The notes under the pieces were generated by a model. It searched no databases, was not told the DNA's origin, and saw nothing but the letters and a program-made list of their open reading frames with translations. Shown in pieces: positions 56,665 through 64,000 of a stretch of 64,000 nucleotides of DNA. The first letter of the stretch is position 1. Every line of letters starts with the position of its first letter. Source of the stretch: Emiliania huxleyi CCMP1516 (taxonomy: Eukaryota); assembly GCF_000372725.1 (NCBI RefSeq), contig NW_005201191.1, positions 188,426-252,425 of the forward strand. Direction: 5' to 3'. The translations under genes were made by a program, and so were the position numbers.

Positions 56665-59600
56665 ATGAGCTCCGACAGCGGCTACGACTCGAAAACACGG
56701 AAGCAGGTCGTCTCCGAGCTCACGATGCAGGGCCTGGTCGCGCTCGGGGCCATCATTACTCTTGAGCGTGTGGACTGGGAGCTCCAGCCGTACGCGTACG
56801 CGGCCGTCACCAGCGACCTCGAGACCGACCGCGCGCAGGCTAGCGGTATCGAGGCGTGGTATCCTCGGGTCAAGCGGGCTGAAGAAAACCGCGACCCGGC
56901 ACTCGACACGGGCGGCCTGCTGCGGGCTCTTTCGGACCGCTACCTCCCCGCGCTCTTCGGCGCCGAGCTCAACACCACCACCGGCAAGGAGTGGTGGATG
57001 GCGACGATCGGGACCCTGCCATGCAGCATGCCGGCGGTGCACAACGTAGCGGGCAGGAAAGACGCGATCCTCAAGCGCGTCGAGCTCTTCCGCACCGTGG
57101 AGCGCACTTGCATCGTCCTCTTGCAGGACGCGGGGGCGCCCAACGGCTGCGGCACCCGCTTGGCGGCCGTGCCCGGCGGGGGGGCGGAGTCGCTCGGCGT
57201 GTGCAACGCCGAGGAGTTCCTCGCCGGCATCGTCGAGGCCACGGGCCTCTCCGAGGAGCAAGTCTTTGGCACGTGGACCAAAGCCGCCGACGTGCGCCCC
57301 CCCGCCGGCCCCGGGGGTTTTGTGGGGTGCGGTGTCGGGGTGGGGGCCTCGGGTTTTGGGGGGGGGGGTTTCCCCCGGGGCAAAAGGGGGGGAGAAAAAA
57401 AACCCGGGGGCCCGGGGCCCTTAAAAAGGGGGGGGCCTTTGGGGGGGGTTTTTTGGGAGCCCCTAACCTCCCCGGGTTTTTTGGGGGGGGGGGTTTAACC
57501 CCCCCCCCCGGGAAAGATGTGGGGGATGGCCACAATTGGGGCCCCTTCCAATACAGCAACCGGGGGGGGCCCCAAAGGAGGGGGGCGAGAAAAGAACCCA
57601 TTCTCAAAGGGGGTGGGGGTTTTCCGGCCCCGTGGGGGGGCCCTTGTATTTTTCTTTTTCAGGAGGGGGGGGGCCCAAAGGGGTGGGGCCCCCCTTTGGC
57701 GGCCGTCCCCGGGGGGGGGGCGGAGTCCCTCGGGGTGTGCAACGCCGAGGAGTTCTTCCCCGGGATTGTGGAGGCCCCGGGCTTTTCCGGGGAGCAATTT
57801 TTTGGCCCGGGGGCCAAAGCCGCGGGGGGGGGCCCCCCCCCCCCCCCCCCCTCTCCCCCTCACTCCCCTCACCCTCACCCTCCACCGGCCCCGCTCTCTG
57901 CGTCTCCCACCCTCCCCTCACCGCCCGACCCGCGCCCCTCGACTTGTCAGCGGCCGGGCTGCGACTTCGGCGTCCTGCTCCGCCTGGCGCGGCGCAGCGG
58001 CAAGGACGTCGAGTACACCGACTTCTCCGACTCGGGCTGCTTCCCGAAGAACTCCGTTTTCGCGTCGCGGGAGGCGCGTCCCTCCCCCCTCCCTCCCTCC
58101 CCCCCCCCCTCCCCCTTCCCCCTTCCACCCTCGGCTGCGCAAGCAGGCTGGCGAACCCCCACCCACCTGGCGCGCACAGGTCACGGTCTCCGTCGGCGAG
58201 CAGCTCTACCACCTCTTCAGCCACATCAAGGACTTCGACGAGGCGGTCGAGTGCGTCGTCGGCTGGCGCGACCTGAACGGCTTCCTCGTGCAGGAGGTGC
58301 TGTCCTTCACCAAGCGCGACTTTGAGTCGCCGCCTTCGCACCAGGGCAAGGTTGGCTCGCGCGACGCGAATGGCTGCGTCGAGTACCTCAAGCTGCCGCT
58401 GCCCGGCCTGTGCGCCCGCCTCTTTTGGCAGATCAAGAAGGCGGGCGCGCCGCCTGTCGCGCCCGAGCAGCTCAGCCGAGACCCACGGGCCGTCGGCGCG
58501 TCCTCCCTCTGGAAGACGGTGCACTCTGTCAGCTTGGCGATCCCGCGGCTCCTTTGCCCGCCCGACCAGATCTGCGGCACCGGCGCCAACGGCCTCGGCT
58601 GGGCGTGCAAGCCGTTCGGCTCCGGCACCATCTTCTCGTTTACACCGTACGCCTCGCCCGCCTGCCCCCCTCCCCCTCCCCCCTCCCGCGTCAGCGCCTT
58701 CATCCCGTCTTCCCTCGCCCTCACGTGATCAGGTCGATGCTCGTCCTCCCCGGCCCCCTCGCCCTCCTCCGCCACCTGCGCCTCTACCTCCGCCGCCACC
58801 TCGTCGACGGCATCGTCCGCTTCCTGCCCGACGTCGTTCCCATCGTCGAGAGCTCGCGAGCCACCTTCCTCGGGCTCGTCGTGGAGCGGATCCTCGGCGA
58901 CGCGCTCGTCGAGGGTGTCGTCGGCACGATCATGCCCTACCTGGTCGCCGAGCCCTCCTCCCTCCGCTCCGGCGTCGCCGCCCTGCTCGACTCGCCGCTG
59001 CTGCACGAGGGCACGGCGCTTGCCGACTTCCTGGTTCATGGATCGTGGGAGAACAACTCGCAGTCCGCGGACAACTTTGTCTCAGGCGTGCGGCGCCACT
59101 TCAAGCCCATCCTCGACTCCGCCCTCGCCGAGAACCTGCTCGCGCTCGTACACAGCGCCGCGCCGGGCGTCGAGTCTCTCGTCCACCCGGACGTGCGGGC
59201 GACCGAGGCCCTCCTCTCCTTTTCTTGGATGGGGCAGGGCGTCGGGCTGGAGCACCACCTCGCATGGCACGCCACGCCTCTGGCGGTGCGCCAGGCGCAG
59301 AACGACCAGCTGCGCACTGCACAGGCCGCCTACTCGGGGCCGGGCGGGGCGGGCCACGCGCTGCGCGAGGAGGCGCTGAAGGTGCGGCGCGACGGGCTGT
59401 CGGACAAGGCGGCAGCGGCGGAGGCGGCGGAGGCGGAGAAGCAGGCGGCGCTTGCGAGCGGAGGGGCAGCCGCTCATGTCGCCGAGCTCAAGCGCGACGA
59501 GCTGAAATCGTTTGTGCGCTCCAACGCCGGCGCTCTCGCCCCGCTCCTCGACGGCAAGCTGGTGAACGATTGGATCACCGGCCTCGGCTTCCGCGAGGCG

Positions 59601-59846
59601 CGCAGTGCGGTTGTCGCCCACGCCAAGGCCCATCCTCTCTCGTTGCAGCTGCCCGATGTGCCGGCGGCTCGGTCGTTGCCGCGGTCGGCGGCACGGTGCG
59701 GCTCGAGCTCGCGCGCGCCGCCGCCTCGTGCGTCGGACGGCCAGACTGGCCGCCGCGCGGGCAGCAAGCAGGCGGCCAAGCGGCCGCTCAACTCCTCCCC
59801 CCCCCGAAAGGGCGGCGGTGAGTCCGATTTTGAGCAGGCAACCTGA
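56665..59846 (+). CDS. Multi-exon hypothetical protein; interrupted by low-quality sequence ~57300-57850
   Basis: Coding-like exons (56665-57290, ~57950-58075, ~58180-58630, ~58733-59846) separated by C-rich introns; no motif recognised. Confidence 0.55.
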
Positions 59847-60164
59847 GGTGCTTGCCACCAGGTGCACCTGTCATGTCGCAGTACAGTTGCATGTCACTAC
59901 AGATTCGCCGAGATTTGAACTCTCACTGACTCTCTCTTTTCAGTGTCGGCGCATGTGAGGCGCATGTCCCTGAGTCTCTCGCTTCGTGAGCGGTGTCCGT
60001 CCGGTGTGCGGTGAGCAGAGCGTATCCAATGTCTGTGTCCTTGAGTGTGACGCCCGTTTCTTGTCGCCTTATTACTGCTGCTGCTGCTGCAGCCAGGGAT
60101 CTGGCGCCCTGACAACAACACGTGAATGAAGCTTCACAAAACGCATCTCCTCTCCCGGCTTCAT

Positions 60165-63100
60165 TCACAACGCATCCCAGTCCAGATCCTGGAGATCCGT
60201 CCCCTCGACTTTCGCGCGGCACACCGGACACACCGCAACAGCAGCGCGCTCCTCCACGCGCTCCCATTCCGCAACGCACGGCTGGCAGCACCAATGACGG
60301 CAGGGGCAGAGCTGAACCCACTCGGCACAGCTGCCTCCCCCGCGTTGGCAAATGGGGCACGCCAAGCGCTCCGGGTCGTGCAGCTTCTCCACCACGCCCT
60401 CCGACACGAGCTCGCCCACGGGCCCGACCAGCGCGTCGCGCGCTGCGCGTGGCAGACTAAAGCGCCCCGCGTCGTCACGGGCAATGTGCTCGCAGGGCGA
60501 CAGCGAGTTCTCATGCACGAGAAACTCGCGCAGCGCCGTGAAACCACTCTGCCGCTCCTCGGGCCCGAGCAGCCAGCGCAGCCACGCCACCGCAATCTTC
60601 CGACGGTCCGGCGGCCACGCGTCGTACAACTCCACCAGCCAGCGCTGCCACGTCGCCGAGCTCTCCTCCTCCAAGTTGGGGTTCGTGATCTCGGCGAGAA
60701 AGTCGAGCAGCGCCGACTGGGCGTCGCGCGTGCGCAGGCGCGCGTAGAAGGCCGCATGATAGCTGTACTCCCCCACCTATTGAAGACAGAGGGGAACCAT
60801 GGTATAACCGACATTTCTGCGGCTGCCATGCATCCGTGCCGATACAGTGGGGTGTGAATACGTTGAACTCAAGCGTCACACCGGCATCCAAGCGTGTAGA
60901 GGGATGTGTGTGTGCCGCATCTAGGCTCCCGACGTACACCAGCGTGTCCTCGCCCGCCGCGGGCTCGTACTCGTACAGGCCCGCCGTTCGCAGCAGCTCG
61001 TGCCACTTGTCGATCGCCGCGACGCCCGAGCTCGCCTCCGCGAGGAGGAAGCTGAGCCGCGCCGCGCCCTCGCCTCCGGCGAGAGCCTCCCGAGCGTCGG
61101 GTATCAAACAGCCGCCGCGGGTGTCGACCAGGCCCCCAGACTCCCTGGGCGACCCGCCGACAGCGTTGGAGAGGCGCCACGGCGGCACCGCCTGCTCGTA
61201 TCGCACGACGCCGTCGACGGACACGGCGAGGTCGAGCAGCCACCGAAGCGTCCCGGACGCGTCGCTGCTCGGGTCCGGGTAGACGTCGCGGATGAGCGCG
61301 GGCGAGTAGAGCGGCTCGTCGGCGCAGACCACCGCCGCCCGCCGCCAAACCACGAAGTTGCGGAGCACGTGGTACGGCTGGATGGTCTCCGGTAGAAGTA
61401 GTGCGAGATCGGCATCGCGCTCTCGGAACGGATCGACCTCCTCAAACACCGTGTCGATGTCGTGCAGCAGCTCGAGGCCCGAGCGCGAGAGCAGGGCGTG
61501 CACCTCCTCCGCCGTGAGGACGCCATTGAGCAGCCGCTGCGTCCGCACGCACTCGGGCGCGGGCCAATGACTATAGCAGGCTTGGAGCCAACCGGCGTCG
61601 CCGTGTTTGTCGTCACGGATGCACTCGTCGGTGTCCTTCCTCACGAAGACGTAAGTCCCGTCCTTCAGGATCACCTGGTAGGGAGCGCCCCGGGCCTCGA
61701 GGTTGGCCGGCCAGACCTGCGTCACCCGCCCCTCCTCCCACAAGGCCGTAGGATGCGGAGGGTGTTGACGGTTGAAGCCCGGGCGCGCCGACCGGTTGCA
61801 ATAAACGCGTTTGCCCGGGCGGAAGCGGAGCTGCTCGCTGGCGAGTCTCTCCATGTCCGCCTTGTGCACCTCCACATACGCCCGCACTTGAGCCCGGCTG
61901 CGCCGGCCCGCCTCCTCTGCGGCCTCCGTCGCCGAGCGAACCGCCTCCCTCCACACCTTGGCGCGCTGGTGATCTTCAGGGCGCACGGCGTCACCCTCGC
62001 CGATCACTCCCTCCGCGGCGCGCAGAGAGTACAGCGGCGGGCACCGAGCCGACGCCGCGCTCCGAGGGTCGAGCCGCGGGGCTGGCGGGCGGACAAGGCT
62101 GCTCTCGCCGGGGCGGCGCTCCTCGTCGGAGCCGCCGGGAGGCCGGAGCCGCCGAGAGGTCGCCGCTCCTTTCGCCGCCGTGGCCGGCCCGGCCTCGTCG
62201 ACCTCCATCGCCCCGCCCTCGTCCACCTGCATCGCCTCGCCGCCCGCCTCAGCCTCGGAAGGCGCCTTGGGCGGCGCGGCGGTGGAGCGGGAAGCGGCCG
62301 ACTGCGCACGTGTGGCGGTGTGTCGGTAAAGGAGGGCGGTTGGCGGTGGGGGGAGAGGGTGGAGAGTGCGGGCGGGGGGTGGAGTGGGGGGGTGCGGGGG
62401 GGGGGGGTAGATGTGTGTGCATGCGCCCCCGGGGGGGGGGGGGGGGGGGGNNNNNNNNNNNNNNNNNNNNNNNNNNNNNNNNNNNNNNNNNNNNNNNNNN
62501 NNNNNNNNNNNNNNNNNNNNNNNNNNNNNNNNNNNNNNNNNNNNNNNNNNTGGCGGCTCGGCATGATGGACGGCGTGCTGCTCGAGGAGGCGCACGATCG
62601 CGGCGTGGCCCGCGTCGCGAGCCAGCCGTAGCGCGCTGCAGCCGTTGACGTCCTCAGCGTTGGCGTCGGCGCCCTTCTTCAGCAGCGCGTCGACCGCCCG
62701 CCCCGCCCGCTCGCCGCCCACACTGGCAGCCTCCATCAGCGCGGTGCGGCCGACACTGTTCCGATGGTCGAGATTCGCGCCCGCCTCAATCAGCGCGAGG
62801 ACGTTGTGCGTGGGGCCCGACATGGCGGCATACATCAGCGCGGTGCAGCCGTCACCGCACCGATGGTCGACCGCCGCGCTGTGCAGCAACAGCGCCTCGA
62901 CCGTCGTAAAGCTGCCTTTGGCAGCCTCCATCAGCGCGGTGCGGCCGTCGCAGCTCTCGTGATTGATCGCCGCGCCGTGCCCGAGCAGCGCGACGACCGC
63001 CGGTGTCCCAATTAACGAGTTCCGGGCGGCAATCAACAGCGCGGTGCAGCCGCTGCCGTTCTGCTGGTCAACCTCGGCGCGGTGCTCCACCAGCAAGTCG

Positions 63101-64000
63101 ATCGCCCGCACGTCGCCGTTCATGGAGGCAATCATCAGCGCGGTGCGGTCACCCATCACCTTGGCCTCGGCGAGGTGGTGGACCTCTGCGCCGCGCTCCA
63201 GCAGCGCCTGGACCGTGTTGGTGTCGCGCAATCCGGTGGCGATCGTCAGGGGATTCCACCCCGCGTCCTGCTGGTTGAGAGAGAAGGCCGAGGCGCCGCC
63301 CGCGAGCAGCGGCCCGAAGAGCTGGCCGCTCAAGGCGGCGCGCACCATCTGACCTTGAATAGCGAACTCGAAGTCCTGCTGCCGCCCCCCCGCAGGCGAG
63401 ACCCAGCAAACCCGCTCGTCCGCCGCCGCGACGCGCCGCGGCTGCTGCAGCGCGTCAAATGCCGCTCCCCCGGCCGAGCTCGGGGCCGAGCCGAGCTCGT
63501 CTTTGGCCGTCTGCGGCGCGGCCGTGCTGGCAGATCCGCTCCCGCCCGCCTCGACGGCCTCGGAGGAGAGCCTGCGCTCGTCGGTCTCTGCTGCCGCCGC
63601 CTCCGCCGCGGGTATTGCAGCCTCCTCCGCCGCCGCCACGGCCGCGGGTACTGCAGCCTCCACCGCCGCCGCCGCCTTCCCCGCCTCCCGCGCGTAGGCG
63701 ACTGCCGCCTCGACCGCCGTATCAAAGTAGCCCAAGTCGGACGTCGTCCCGTCCTTGTTGCTCATCGCCCAGAAGCGGCCAGAGGCGTCAAGGGTCACGC
63801 CCTCGTAGCCGGTGTTGCTGCTGCGTGAGAGATGCAAGCTCAAACCCTCCACTGGCGCGAGCAGCGCGGCGTCCTCGGACTGCGAGCGGGCATGGGCCGA
63901 GGCGAGCTCACCGTCGGCGGTACCGCGTTCGGCGCCGCCGTGACCGCTCGCCCGCGCGGCAAACTGCTGCAGGCCGCGGTTGGGTCGAGAGACAGGAGGA
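60165..64000 (-). CDS. AP2-like + ankyrin repeats + C-terminal RING protein (5' end probably beyond the window; intron ~60777-60861)
   Basis: SNTGYEGVT..GRFWA..LGYFDTAVEAAVAY; six or more TALM-type ankyrin repeats; CPIC..CPCRHWCCQPC..CPVCR. Confidence 0.8.

Noticed and set aside
57300..57850. Gly/Pro-rich ORFs or a hypermutated duplicate
   Set aside because: Homopolymer-inflated, garbled copy of the preceding exon (~56985-57300), typical of low-quality read ends; most likely an assembly artefact

Overview
This is GC-rich, intron-containing eukaryotic nuclear DNA with three N gaps. Many GC-AG introns, introns filled with ~10-11 bp repeats, and the gene families present suggest a haptophyte such as Emiliania/Gephyrocapsa huxleyi (inference). 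About 22 protein-coding genes or fragments are supportable: sulfotransferase, RPAP3/SPAG1-like TPR protein, two Pro-rich 'DPH..GGRADF' paralogs, LRR protein, PHM-like Cu monooxygenase, ankyrin proteins, EEP/DUF3431/GGCT-like multidomain gene, SGNH esterase, GMC oxidoreductase, tandem-PH protein, Myb factor, Pelle/IRAK-like kinase with a C-terminal HEPN-like RxxxxH domain, dihydropyrimidinase-TauD fusion, GT32, C69 dipeptidase, sulfatase fragment and an AP2-ankyrin-RING protein. The most notable signals are: (1) a family of related introns carrying CTAGAAGCGG just after a short target duplication (introner-like); (2) introns bounded by exon duplications and filled with short repeats; (3) the kinase-HEPN architecture; (4) the hydantoinase-TauD fusion, whose promoter and 5' end are duplicated; (5) a three-level nested transposon with readable target-site duplications (TSDs). 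All calls are by eye; no searches were run, and intron boundaries are predictions.
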